Positions 27,135 through 40,352 of a DNA stretch of 64,000 bases are shown piece by piece (the first letter of the stretch is position 1; each line of letters starts with the position of its first letter). The notes under the pieces are model-generated. The model was not told the origin of the DNA and did no database searches. It saw only the letters and a list, made by a program, of their open reading frames with translations. This stretch comes from Catajapyx aquilonaris (lineage: Eukaryota): NCBI GenBank assembly GCA_000934665.2, contig KZ538084.1, positions 62,001 through 126,000 on the forward strand, in the 5' to 3' direction. Position numbers and translations under genes: made by a program.

Positions 27135-27876
27135 TAGTTTTGATAACCACCAAAAAGAGACTGCTTGACACAGGTAGCGTATAGTACCAAAAAATTGCAA
27201 ACCAAATTAATTTCAATAGTAGCTAACAACCTGTAAAATATTGAATATCGATATCTCGAGTCAGATTTTTGATTGGAAATAAATCGAAGACCAATTGTTT
27301 CCCATTTCCAAACAAAATCGATCTAAGAAACTATCCTAAAGTCGACCTGGCAACATGCGGCACACACCCCATTTATTCATCCTGACAAATCCAGTGGAAA
27401 TTTTTGAACTTCCCCCCNCCCCCCCCCCCCTTCGAAAGCATCCATTAGTCTATGATTAACTTGACCGCATTTCTTAGTAGGCGCTATCGTTAAGGAAACT
27501 GATTGCATCCCTCCCAAATGCTGCTCCAGTAACGACTCGCGCAGTAAACTCTGGGAACGAGCCGTACAAGAGTAGTCGTCAGGCCGAGATGGATGTAACT
27601 CATATGTCGCTTGGGATATTCCGGCGACATTTTTTCTCTCCACCCTGCGCCCTTGCTGACAGGCTACAATATTGAGGAGAGGACTAGGGAGGGGGGAAGG
27701 GGGAGGAAAGGAAGGATGGGGAAGAAAGAAATATGAGTGGAACAGCAGGCGAGCACTTGAAAGCGCGAATTCATGTGTGGATTGTTGGGTTGACGAACCC
27801 CCTCCCTAGTCCTGCGCTCTTCTGCCTTTATTCCTACAGAATAGAAAAGGAGAAGAATAATCAAAAAAATTCGGTA

Positions 27877-28209
27877 TACTACGCTTCAAAAAATAGTAAC
27901 TAACTAGATGGCTACGCTTTCATATCTAGAGACGTTCTCGATACAAAAGCTCAGCCTTCTCGATATGAATGCGCAGCCTTCTCGATACGAAAGCTCAGCC
28001 TTCTCGATACGAAAGCTCAGCCTTCTCGATACTCGATACGAAAGCTCAGCCTTCTCGATACTCGATACGAAAGCTCAGCCTTCTCGATACTCGATACGAA
28101 AGCTCGCCCTTCTCGATGTGAATGCGCAGCCTTCTCGATGCAAAAGCGCAGCCTTCTCGATACGAAAGCGTAGCCGTCTAGTTAGTTACCATTTTTTTGA
28201 ACTGTGGTG
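27877..28209. mobile_element. MITE with CACTA-like termini carrying an internal 22-bp minisatellite
   Basis: Inverted ends TTCAAAAAATAGTAACTAACTAGATGGCTACGCTTTC / GAAAGCGTAGCCGTCTAGTTAGTTACCATTTTTTTGAA enclose about 10 units of TTCTCGATACGAAAGCTCAGCC. Confidence 0.85.
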
Positions 28210-29651
28210 TGTCAATTTTTTTTACCTACTCTCTCCTAGGCGTGGATCCGCTGAATGATAGGCGTGGATCCGCTGGGAAGGAAGGTTAGGTCATGGGGTA
28301 GGTTAGTGCGGCGTACCCCTACACCTGCCGCATTCGGTCTCCCATCCCGTCCAACTAGACATCCTCTTCCTATCGCTCTTGAAAAACAGATGCTTCAGAA
28401 TAAGGGAAATGGTGGCTAATCAGCTAAATGGCCTGGTAAGGAGGTCACGGTTGCATCATCGCTCTTATGGCTCTCAGTGACCTTTCTATTGCCCAAAAAT
28501 AGCTCCCAGATCGGCTTGCGAGAAACATCTCGCCACGCTTCCAAGGCAAGCGAGTCCCGCTAGCGTGGCGAGAAGACGTTTCTCGCAAGCAGTCTTGCAG
28601 ATGGATTAACCGGCTAAGAAAGTCAATAGCCTCGAGGGTCCTATAGCCGCAGTTGGGTCTGCCACTCGATGAATCCAGAGGCAAAGCTGTAGCCCCCCTT
28701 TTTTTCCTGAACCCTTAAGTTAGTGAAAGGAAGTTGAAACTAAATCCCTCCCGCCGTGCACCTTTCAATTTATCTCCCTCTTTTTCAGCCTTTTTTGGCA
28801 AGCCAAAAGCACAGCATGTCCCATATCCTTGGAAAAAGTCGCAACATATATTTCTGGTCAAGAAACCTTCCGCTCCTGCCCACCCAGTGAATTCCTCCGC
28901 CTGATTCACGGCAGGGCTGGGACCCATTCAGGCTAAGGACAAAAGGTGGAGGCACCAAGAAAATTTTCGCAAGCCACTCGCTTTATTTCTACCCTCTCTT
29001 TTGGGCTGGATACGTGCGAATGGGCGTCCAGCTACCAAGCCTCTCTCCAAAGCACCCCTTCTTTGCTCTTGCTAAAGGCTTCCTGGCTATTACGTGGGAT
29101 TAGAACCAGGACCCAAACCAGGGCTCCCAACATTCAGAGTTAGGCCAAAAGTTGGGCTAGGTCTGCATGTTGTGCTCCTTTTTCCCTAGGACAAATATCG
29201 TCAATATTTTAGGTTGAGGGGAGGGGGGGGAGAGAGAGGGGGGGGGAAGAAGAGTCTATGCTGACTAACCTCCAAACATTTCCCTCCAACCAACATCGAT
29301 CTGACGGTAGAGCAAAGAGGGGGCCTTATATTGTGGCTTCAATTATGGCTGGGGAGAATGCGCCGAATTTTGCTGGTGTGTCAACTTGGGAGTGGAGGTG
29401 CGGAGGGTTGTGTTACCAGAAACGTTATTATGCAAAGCACGACAAAAGAAGCAATATAAAAGCATTACACCATGCGCCTAAGGCTATCATCCGGAGCAAG
29501 GGGACTCAATTTTATGGCCACATAATTTTTCCTAGGTTTACAGAGGTGCCCTGCCTTTTCGACCAAATTAAGTTCGCACTTTTTATTAGTTTAAAATTAA
29601 ATTTTATTAGTTAAAATGTGTGACGCCCCTTACTATAGGGCAGTGGCGTCT

Positions 29652-29781
29652 GGGTGTGGAACTGGTGGGGAGGGTTCATTAAATGAACCCTCCCCACCAG
29701 TTCCACACCCTGCAGCCAGGCCGTCTCACGACACTCCCTACAAATTTTGTAGGGAGTGTCGTGAGACGGCCTGGCTGCAGG
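29652..29781. repeat. Two abutting perfect palindromes
   Basis: 29-bp arms (29652-29680 / 29682-29710) and 36-bp arms (29709-29744 / 29746-29781), each with a 1-nt centre. Confidence 0.95.
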
Positions 29782-32700
29782 CTGGTCGCAATAAATGGGT
29801 TGCTTCTAATCTGTTATATCATTGGACCACGACCCAAGTTCAAATAAGTCATCCTGCTAATGTATGAAAGCATGTTCTATCCATCCAAACTGACCTGGTA
29901 GGTATTTCTTGGGCCAGACCCCTAGCGATTTCCACTTGTGAAGATCCTCAAAACCGCAGCGTAGGCGTTCCTTTTGATGTGGGGTCCCCCCTCCTTGATG
30001 GGTATCTCCGTTACGAATAATCTCGTGCATTTATGCCCTAAGTTGGGCGTAATATCCGGTGCCATTGCTATGAATATCTAATGGCGGAAAAAGCTGGTTA
30101 GTCGCCAACCGTTTCCTTCTGAGCTGTCCCAATCAAAGGAGTCTTTTAGGGTGGGTGTGAAAGGAGAGAGCTTGTGCTGGCGAGGATGCTGCACAAAGTT
30201 TCGGCAATGGTTGCTAGATCTGCAGCATGCTGTGCCGAGCCAGATCCCAACAAGAAATTGATCAGGTTTCTCGCCCAAAGTGTTTATCTCACCGTTCACA
30301 TTGGGCTTGTCCTAGCCAGTTACTATTGGATCCTTTGCGAAGCTTAGGGTGGAAAGAGTGGAGGAAAGATAATTGGCGTCGTGGAATTTTACAATATTGA
30401 TACAATGAGACCCAAATTCATTAGCTTAATTTGGTCCTAGTACAAGGACTGGCACATATGCGTATTACTTATGCATAAGCTGAACTAAGATAGTTCTTGT
30501 TTGCACTCATCTTATCAATAAATAATTGAGAAGTTTATAGAAGCAAGGTAGTGTATGTGCTTGCCTTATCCCTTTCAGGAGAAAATCAATTTCGGCTATT
30601 TGCGGCACTGCTTATGAATAATTTGCCTCGTGCTATACCTGGAATAAATTAGAACCAGCCATATTTTTTTACTTGCATTATAACCCGTCATCAGAGCAGT
30701 CAAATTACTTCTGAATTTCCGCGCAGGTTCAAAAACCTCATTATCCAAATTGTGGTGTCTCCTGTAAAGTCTACATTCAATAATTCACATTATGAATTAC
30801 TAGCATCTAGGCTAGATCCGCATCTAGGCCAAAGCTGATTTTTGAGATGCCCTGTCAGGCCCTTTCGCGAACTTGTATTCTGCAGTGGCGACTTGAACAT
30901 CCGCATCCAGGGCCCCGAGGCCAAGAAAACGCGGCACATAATTCCTTCGGGACCCAAAGAAGAAGGAAGCTACCGAGAAGATAAACCGTTCCATACCATG
31001 CTGTACCTAGTCAGCAGAAAATGGGAAGCGGAGTTCCGTCAAGCAATATAATCCTATGAAGACGGTGCGTAGTCCCCATCCGTGTAAAAGAGTTAGGCCC
31101 CGCTATCTTGGCCTGAATGGCTGGATAGGCTCTGCTCCATCTGCCCTCTAACCCCATTGCCTGAAGCAGGAGAAGCTGAGGAATAATCAGTTTCCCAAGC
31201 GGCTTCTTCCAGGATGTTTCTGAAGAATAATTGTGATAGGTCCGAAATCACTGGCTGATTTGATACCAGTTCACTCGTCCTCTCCCTCACGTGATCTGGG
31301 GGAAGGTTTGCAAGATTTAGTAGAATTCCCCTGAGTCTGAATGCGAGTCGTTCCTTTCCTAACTGCAACCTAATGGCACAACCGAGCTGTTAAAGTACAC
31401 GAGGGGAGAGAGAGTGATTGGTCCCTCACGCCCTATTGACTCTGTCTACGACTTCCTTACGTGAAGGCCTCCCTCATTCTGTAATACCCACATGATGGGC
31501 TAATGAAGGCGTCGCGTTCCTTTACATGCGGACCCCATGGAAAGCACTCGTTTATGTGGCAGAGTCCAACCCATACGCTACAATTATCATGATTGAAGGT
31601 ATTTTTCCGCACCCCTTCGACTCAATGGTTTGGTAGGCGTGTCTTTATGCTTATCGGTCTAGGGGACCGCATATGTTGTGCTGTTGCATGAGATGACGAG
31701 GGGTTTTCATGTCCCTGAAAAGCGTGTCGGCTACTGCGGGAGTGTCTTCAAATCAGGTTGATTTTGCCTCAGTGCTGGAACTGCTTGTAAAGAGGGCTTA
31801 GATCTTAGCCTAAGTGACGGTGTAACGTTACGTACCAATATGTTGAACTGGGTACGGCACTTGAGAAGTGCATATACTGGGATTACTCGGAATCAATAAA
31901 AAATTCACTCACTCTTTAACTGAATTATTCGGAATTATTAAAACACACTCCTCTAAAAATTGGATTTGAATAGGATCAAAGGTTCATTAGAACCAGGCAC
32001 ACCTTCACCCTTTTGTACGGTTTTAGGATGTATAACTGGTGTTAAAGTGCATTACAATTAGAATAAATTACAATTCTAAGCGCTGAACTCCAAATTGCAA
32101 GGCTTGCTTTTTTTCCTCTTTAATATTCATAATCTCAAAGTCTGCTCAAAGTATAGTATGATTACAGCGAAGAAGCTAGATTCTATATCTCCTACTCTTT
32201 TTTAAAATCCATCCTGTTTGTTTATTTACTTTTGTTGCAGGATGACGCCAAAGCGCGTACATATGTGAGAACAATTTGTAGTCCGTTACATTACTGCAGC
32301 AGCACATGGTACCGAACGCAACATGTTACGCCACACTCCTTTTGTCATATCTCACCCATTATTTTGCAATCATAAATGTTCAGTTTGCAAATGCTCGTTA
32401 ATTAGGTCTGGGGGATGGAAAACCATAGGTTACAAACAGTATAATTTCGCTACTGTGTTTCAGGCCCTCCCCAAAATATAGGCCTATTGTTTGTCATTGT
32501 ACTCCATAGCGTATAATAGTTTGCATACACAGGCATGGATTGAAAGAGGTCATCAAACTTGGCCTACCACTATATACTGTATGCAGATGCACAACTTCAT
32601 CTCGTACGTAAATTTTGTAACTTATTTCCACCGAAATTTGAGCAGCTTTGCAAGTATGATATCGTAATTTTTACTTCTCAGTAATTTTTGTTACTTTTTG

Positions 32701-34455
32701 TCACAAAATATTTCTGATCCAAGAGTCTTCCGGGTGGGACTTTTTCCATACGTCCTCACCTCTTCGCAATTCCAGAGTGTAAAGCGCTCAGGGCACATAC
32801 ATTAGGCGGTTCTCCATAAAACAAAGCCTCTCGGCCATGTTTCTTCACACGGAGTTCCAGAGGGACGGCTCTGGAAGCAGCCCCATGTCTCACCTACAAA
32901 ATATGGGACCCGGTTCCTACCGGGCAAAATGCTCGCGTGTCAGATGGGCATCGTGCTTCCTGCCGGAACTATTCCACAAAGGTGGCCAACTACTGCCCTC
33001 TACAATGGCTTCTCTCCTCAAAAGACATGAAAGAAGACTCTGTATTGATGATGCCACCGACTTCAATCACATATGTATGTTAAGTCCGGCTTCATGCAAA
33101 TCGGAGGAGAAGACTGCGCTGCGGGCGACCCCCCCGAAAGGCCATCTTTCACTTGGAGAAAATTGAGCCACTTTGCTTCAGGGTACTTTGGATGCAAGGC
33201 ACGTCCTGGAGGAGTAATACAGTATAGGACCCTTACATGCCACATCTCGATGGTGGCGGTTGGAAGAACCGGCCGGGGGTATTTATCGCGTCAACTTCTG
33301 ACATCTAGTGGACCTCTTAGGGGTAATACAAACCACCTTCTGTTTGATAATCAGGTATTAGCTGCAAGATGTAATTCGTGGGGCACACACAGCTTGACAA
33401 TGTATGGTTTGCCGTGCACTGGATAGGACAGTGGCCATCAGATATTAGTGTCGGTTTATTACAGCAAATTACAAACAAAATGCCTGCGAGGAATGAAGTT
33501 TTCCTAATAAATAAAACAAAGCCATGAACCTAAATCCAGAAAGTGCGGAATTTGATCAATCTGGAGGAATTCCCTTCATCTTTGAATCGTCGAACCATCC
33601 AGTGCGCAAATAATTAATCCTGGAAGGAATTCGCAGAAGTTGACTGAAATGCAACACAGCTAATAATGAGATAAGAAAAAATCGACCAGAAGTCTTAATG
33701 ACAAGAGTGGTGTGATGCTTCGGGCAAATTGGTGGTGCAAAACGTAAATTTGCAATTCATTACAGCTCATCCATCGAGAAAGAGAGAGATAAAAAAGTGC
33801 CCACCCCACCCCCTGAAGGAGTTGAACTAGTTCAGCAAGTTTGATCCTATTAGAGAAGGCGTCCTTTAGGTTTTTTTTTAAAGATACTCGCCAAACTTGT
33901 TGCTATTCCTATTTCACGGTTGAAGTTAATGTAAGATTACAGTAACATTTCAGTGTGTGTGACTGGGTCAAAAAGTCAAGGGCATACCTGCAGGTACGCC
34001 AATTTGTATCTGCAGTGGCGAAGCATTTTTTTGGTGCATACACGTTGTTTTCCTCCGTGGCACATGCAGTAAGAGCCCGCCATAAAAGAATCCCTTCCAC
34101 CTCTTACCCCCAGCATTATAGCCAGCAGAACGTATTCTGACCAGCGCGCTCAAGGGAGACAGAACGCCAACATATTGCTCTCAGGGGCTCGTTTTATCAT
34201 ATCGGCGTTTACACAAGCCTGCAACTTGCGAGACCTGGACGGTAATATTTTCTTCTCGCCCCGGGTTTCAATGCCGATGGCTTATTCACAGCGCGTACTC
34301 CAACCAAGAGTCGGGCTCATCTACAACAAGGCATGTTTTCCAACCCCTGCTGGAAATCATGTCTCTAATGTTCCTTTTTGCTACCATACCACCAGGGTGT
34401 TAAGACATCCGGTTATTACTGCCTGCGTTACGTGAATGGACACATCACATAAATT

Positions 34456-34577
34456 GGGGGTGAGATTGTGCTAGCCCATTTTTTGGACAACACCGCTCAA
34501 TGTAACACATGCCTAAATTCGCTTGCTGCCAGTAGGGCGCACTGTTGTCCAAAAATGGGCTGGCACAATCTCACCCC
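34456..34577. mobile_element. Small MITE with GGGG termini and AATT flanks
   Basis: AATT|GGGGGTGAGATTGTGCTAGCCCATTTTTTGGACAACA ... TGTTGTCCAAAAATGGGCTGGCACAATCTCACCCC|AATT. Confidence 0.8.
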
Positions 34578-35526
34578 AATTGATGGTATCGCTGTAATTT
34601 ACATTATGATGCGGACCAAAATGCCAGATGTGTCTGACATGACTGGTATATCAACATATCGTGCGTAGAGCTCATATATGGGAGGAAACAACATACGGAT
34701 TTCTAAGTACAGTATGCGTGGTTTCAGATGACACTGAAGATAACGGTTTGTTTAATAGTGAGAGCAGGTGCACCAGAGATATGATGTCTGGTGCTGCTAA
34801 TATTTGCAACAAAAGCACGACCCATTTCCCAAGTACAGACTGTCAATAATACATGAGATAAACTACATACCCGTGGCTATAGGGTACTTCTGTCATGCTA
34901 TTTGGTTCGTGTAATATTTGTGGTTGGAACGTGCATCTTGTTCCGTCGGTAGCAAACCTTTGAGCTTATTTCCAGAAAAAAAAAAACCGTTTCAAACTTT
35001 GCAATCACAACCGGGAGGGAAAAAAAAATATTCGGCGGCGTTTATTGCGCGTTTCCCCTTGTAGATTTGCTGTTCATGGCCGTAACAGTCGCGTAACTGT
35101 TGCAGTTCAAAGTGAGGCGGCAATATTTTTTTTTATATTTCTCTGGCGAGCGCGGCCTTTGTTGACTTTGTGCCCCTCACCTCACAAAAAATACCTATTC
35201 AATTCAGTAATATATTCTGGCGACAGGAGGCATTTGTACATATAGGCGTACAGCAGATATGGGCCTGTGTTGGCGGAACAATTTCATATTGATAAGAAAA
35301 ACCTACATTACTGACGGCGTAATTTTCTGGCCTCATTTACCTGTTTCCATAAAAATTCATGTGGAACTTGCTCCTGTGTTCTGTCTGCCATATGCAGACA
35401 CCAGCATGATTGTTATATTTTGCTCGTTTACGTAAAATATAGTTTCCAGCATTCAAATTTTAAAAAATGGCCGGCCATTGACCTCACCTGTACTCTATAT
35501 AGGCTTATAATACAGTGATGGTACAA

Positions 35527-35632
35527 CCCCAATTAGCGTAGTGACATCCTATGGATATCGAAATATCCATTGGCGCTTCAGTGGATATGTAGATATCCAT
35601 AGGATGTCTCAGGGTGTTTCGTGCTACTAGGG
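35527..35632. mobile_element. Degenerate MITE-like palindrome
   Basis: Core GACATCCTATGGATATC ... GATATCCATAGGATGTC (35543-35608), with weak outer complementarity CCCCAATTAGC / GCTACTAGGG. Confidence 0.55.
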
Positions 35633-36360
35633 ACATAAACAATAACAACAATACATTCCTCGTAAATAACACCTTAAATTGTATAACATTTCAAGCACTT
35701 CAGCCTGCTCGTCTATACTGAAATGTCACGCGACTATTCCTTCTTAGGCGCGTAAAAGCCAATTTTGCGCCCCCTTTTAGTAATGGCCCATAACTCGCAT
35801 CCTCCCAACTCCTGTGTGTATGCATGTGTGGTCCTCAGCCACCGTCTCACGACACAAAGCAACCCCTAGGCTGATTAAGGACTGATTGCATTCAACAGCA
35901 TCCTTCCTATATGCAGGAGAGCATAGATGAAAAGGCTTCTCTCCCTCAAATTTTCTACTCCACGCACACTTTTTTTTCCTTTGAAACCTTCCTTCTTTTC
36001 CCCCAAGTTCCTCTTGACGGCAGCACGTCGTGACTTGTGGCCTCCGCACCCATTTCTTCCCCCATGTCCCTCCCCTCAAGCCTTATACGCCATGATTTAT
36101 CGGCGGCTTGTTTACGACTCAATAAGTAGCCGTGGGCCCACTTAATTCCACATCGGCTGCTACTTAGCTGGCCACTATCACGCGCGCCCGCTCTCGCCAT
36201 CTACTCCTTCCGTCTCTCATACTCTAGCTAGGATATAACTTCACCCAAGAAGCTCTAGTTTTATTCTTCAGAACGATTCAGACCACTTCAGACGCCATGT
36301 TGAAACAGGTGACACTGACGGAGTGACGGCCACATTCTGAATTTTCTTGTTGATGCGGTC

Positions 36361-36665
36361 CATGGTCTTAGAATACTAAGGTCTGGACACTCCCTCTTAT
36401 CGCCTGCTCTATTATGTGGCGACCCTACCGGACTACGCTGAACTAAGGTAAGGGAAGCCGCTACATGCGGGCCCAACATGGCCGCCGGCGACCATGTTGG
36501 GTCCCCCAATGTAGCGCTTCCCTTTTGTACCTATAAGTTCAGCGTAGTCCGGTAGGGTCGCCACATAACAGTGCAGTGAAAGGTCTTATGGCGCTCTCAG
36601 GCGCCTCATGCAAAACGCCCCGGTAGGCGATAAGATAAGATTGTAGGGGTAGTGTCCGGGGGCTG
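36361..36665. mobile_element. MITE family C copy 2 (8-bp TSD), opposite orientation, deletion in one arm
   Basis: TSD ATGCGGTC at 36353-36360 and 36666-36673. Ends CATGGTCTTAGAATACTAAGGTCTGGACACT and AGTGTCCGGGGGCTG match those of 8125-8493. Confidence 0.9.
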
Positions 36666-37091
36666 ATGCGGTCACTCAATTCATTATACATAATGGGTCA
36701 AGCGAGGGGTGTTTACCTCGTCTGTTGTTGAGAAGGAGGAATTCCAATCGCGTGTCGGGGATCTGCTCGGAATAAACTTGTTGTCAACGATGGTCACCAG
36801 GATGACAAAGGAAGGCTTTGTTTCATGGAATCACGCCCTTGTGACGTGGTTGTAATTATTGCGATGGAATTCATGAGCTGATAATGCGATCAGCTGTCAA
36901 ATGATGACATGAAATGCATTGTAACGTTGAAGGGATTTTGAGGCAAGGTTTGAAGTTTGGGTCACTTATGGGATGGTTTCAAAATAGGCTTTTTTTCCTA
37001 TTTATCTAATTTTAAACTTTACAGTTTAATTAGCATGAAACATGCTTGTCCAACAGGGACGTCAATTGAGGTTATATCATCCACAAAGTTA

Positions 37092-37495
37092 CCGAAGCAG
37101 TAGTGGTGTAGTGGATATGGTGTCCGACTGCTAATCGGGAGGTCCTGGGTTCGAATCCCGGAGGCCGGCGATCCTGACCTTTGTTTTCTGTGGTTTCCCA
37201 AGGTCGCCCCAGGAATAATTTCCGGGATCGTAGCGTAAAATAGGCCGCAGCCGTTTCCTTCCTTTCCCTTCCCTGGAGGAGGTGCGGGTCAGTGGGCGAA
37301 ATCTGACTCACATCTATAGGGGATCATCTTGGCGAACGGGCCCCCTGAGGGACTGCACACGACCCCCAACCTGAGACATTGCACATGCACCAGTGTCCCC
37401 CCCCCCTCCTATCCCTACCCTGTCCCTGCACGATAGTGGTAATCCACTCCCCTAAGAGAGCCCATGGCTCTAGCACGGGGTATATCTAAAAAAAA
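37092..37495 (+). mobile_element. tRNA-derived SINE copy 2, full length
   Basis: A box TGGTGTAGTGG, anticodon arm CCGA-CTGCTAA-TCGG (GCT), B box GGTTCGAATCC, 3' hairpin AGAGCC-CAT-GGCTCT and poly-A. Exact 15-bp TSD ATCATCCACAAAGTT at 37076-37090 and 37496-37510. Confidence 0.95.
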
Positions 37496-39342
37496 ATCAT
37501 CCACAAAGTTCACAAAACTAGTTTCTAGATCCTTCCAGGCAAATATCTGACCTTGCACTTGCTTATATGATGATGAATGCAGAAAACCCTGGCTTTCAGG
37601 CGCATTATTAATCTTAAGGCTCAATGGACTTCACCAGACAGAGCAGAAAAAAATGCCAAACTTAATATTTCTATTTGAAAATTCAAGGCTATGCTCGCTA
37701 TGACTGAATTGTCAGTCACATTCACTGAGTTAGAAATTGTTACAAAATTTTTCATCTAGAGAAATTCCAGTCCTCTTAAAAAAATTGGTACCCCCTTAGG
37801 GATAATGCAATGTTCAAACTTCAAACCCATATCTCCAAATCATCCAAATGTGACTGATCGTTCTGCATTTCAGGTCTTCAAATATGACTTTTTTTTCAAC
37901 CCTCTTTAATAATACGATAAAAAAGCCATCCGCTCCAGGCCATTGTTAAGATGCAGCCCATTAGGGGGTAGGATCTTCAACCTCCCCCACACCATTTTTT
38001 TGTCGTTGAATGAATGCGGCGTACAGTATTATTATACCCGAGTGTGATTGCGCCAAAGGGTTGACTTTGCTAGTCCACCGCCTTGTGATTCGCCCAAAAA
38101 ACCGGCAATCTTTCTCTTGTTGAACCTACTGGCTTTCATATGTATTTTCAACCCTTCCTAGGAATTTATTATGGAGCAAGATGAACGCTTGTAAAAATAT
38201 TTTTTAAATATATATCTAAAGAAAAGGAAGCAAAAACGTAGATGGATCACTTGACGCCTCCTAGACTATAATTGAAACCTCTTGCACCATTTATTAACAC
38301 AGTGTGGAGGCTGTTTTTCCCCGAGTTGTCCGCCAGAATAAAGTGATTGCATTTTTGCGTGCAGCCTGGAATGCGACGGAGGTTCAAAGTTGTTTTGGTC
38401 CGGTCACCCAAGTGGTCCCAAAAAAAAATGTTTTAAGTTTTTCGGAGAGGAGGGGCTGGGTGTTGACAAACACTTGGAGGGCCCAAGGTGCCGGGAATAT
38501 CTGTGGGATTTGCGGTCCGTTGAAATGAAGGTGCGGCTGGTCCCCATAGAAAAAGAAAATTCCGATAACCCACACGTGTAAGCCGCTGACCCGCATCCTC
38601 TTAACTGGCAGTTTGGCAGAAAATTTATTAGTCTGTCAGGAATATTACGCCCAGCAATTTCCCCCAGCATCATCCTGATATCCTGCTATTATTTCTGACA
38701 TTCACAAAAATATCCCGGGGAAATATGCCGTCTTCAAAATTATGGTATAGTTGTTTTGGACCCATTTATAACCACATTTTTTGTTGGCTGTTAGATAGCC
38801 TCAATTTTAAAGAAGCGTAAAAACAAAAAAGCCACACAAGAAGCTCCACCCAGCGACATTTGCATCATTGACAGGCATCAATGGAAGCGTCCAGACAAAT
38901 TAGGTCAGTGTAAATAGCATGCGATTCGTATGGTTACTCGTCCAATGGAGGATAATTGAGGTGTTCGTGCCGCTAATCGGTCCTGGGAAGACCGCGTCTG
39001 AGATTCTTTCTGTGGGGAAGCCAGTTGACCCCACCCGTCCCGGTACTGGCCCCCAGAGGATTCCGAAGCAATAACAACGCCGAAAATCTCAATTATAGGC
39101 CAATTAGATGAGGGAAAGTGGAGCCCTCTTGTCAGTCATCACCTGTCACAAAAACTGGTCCCTGATGGAGTACGTGGCCCCATCTCTTGCCGGTCTGACC
39201 CTCATACAACTGTCAGCGCGCAGGTTCGTGCACGTCTCATCCGGGCATTTTTCTACACGTGTCAGTGTCGTTGGTGGAGGCCATGTTTGGGACCCCACAC
39301 AATATTGACGGTTATTCCCTCAAAGCTTCATAATTCATTTGC

Positions 39343-39400
<58 letters not shown>
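39343..39400. repeat. (TTA)n microsatellite, about 19 units
   Basis: Uninterrupted TTA run. Confidence 0.98.
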
Positions 39401-40124
39401 GCAATGCAATTATAGCAAGTGTCCAACTGAATGTGGGTGTAATAATGTAGAAAGGTTGTCGGGTTCGTCCAATCTCAACGGTACGGTAGGCCTTTTCATC
39501 GCGGGACGGTTATCCAGGGATAAATCTATAAATTTGATTAATTAGTCCTTAATCAGTCACCGGGTCGACCACTTACTTGATAAATTGGCCAATCATTAGG
39601 TCACGTGAGCTATTACTAGATTTACCGGCGATCATTTGTTGACTGGTAGATTAATTGTTGATCTGTTAATCTTTTAGCAGATCAATCGTTGCGGGGGGTG
39701 GGTGCGCTAGTTAATCGAATAGTCCTCCAATGTTCCATTTGTCAACTACAGTAAGTCACCAGCAAAACCCAACAGCTGGTTAGTTAGCTGTCCCATAGGT
39801 CAAATTGGTTTCAAGAAATCATTCGATGCAATAATATGGTGTCTATAGCAGGGTTTACGTTATTAGTGATCCCAACCACATGCTCCCAACAAGCGCACCC
39901 AGCTTACAGGCACAACGTTACAGTGCAAGGCTTACAGTTCCGAGGTTGCAGCGGAAGTGTGAACGGATGTTTATAACCAATCACGAACCTAGTTGTCAGT
40001 CAATAAACATACGTGTTGTTCACATTGAAATGAAATTGGTGGTCAGCAATTTTCTGGCACTAAACTGCTAATATTTAAGCAGTTAAAATTATTGTCTACT
40101 AATATTAGACCGAATTGAATCATA

Positions 40125-40352
40125 CAGGGTGTTCCAAATTCGTGGGTCGCCTTTTTATAACTGATATCGCCCGATAGCTGTTATTTTTGTAGCTTGTTGT
40201 GCCTCTAACCAGGTGCCCCATTCTATAGCAACTGCTATATTCGATCCCCTGGGAGTAATGTGGCACCTTGTTAGGGGCACATGCTACAAAAAATAACTAC
40301 TATCGGGCTCTATCAGTTATAAAAAACGACTCACGAATTTGGAACACACCGG
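40125..40352. mobile_element. MITE family B copy 3 (Tc1/mariner-like)
   Basis: TA|CAGGGTGTTCCAAATTCGTGGGTCG ... CGACTCACGAATTTGGAACACACCGG|TA. Confidence 0.9.

Noticed and set aside
22805..27431. Poly-C/G runs containing N (about 22823, 23449, 27418) as G-quadruplex features
   Set aside because: The ambiguous bases indicate homopolymer sequencing uncertainty, so run lengths are unreliable.
27930..28175. CRISPR-like array
   Set aside because: Units are head-to-tail without unique spacers, lie between TIRs, and the context is eukaryotic with no cas genes.
37092..37170. Functional tRNA-Ser(GCT) gene
   Set aside because: No acceptor-stem pairing, no long variable arm, and it continues into a SINE body with A tail and TSD.
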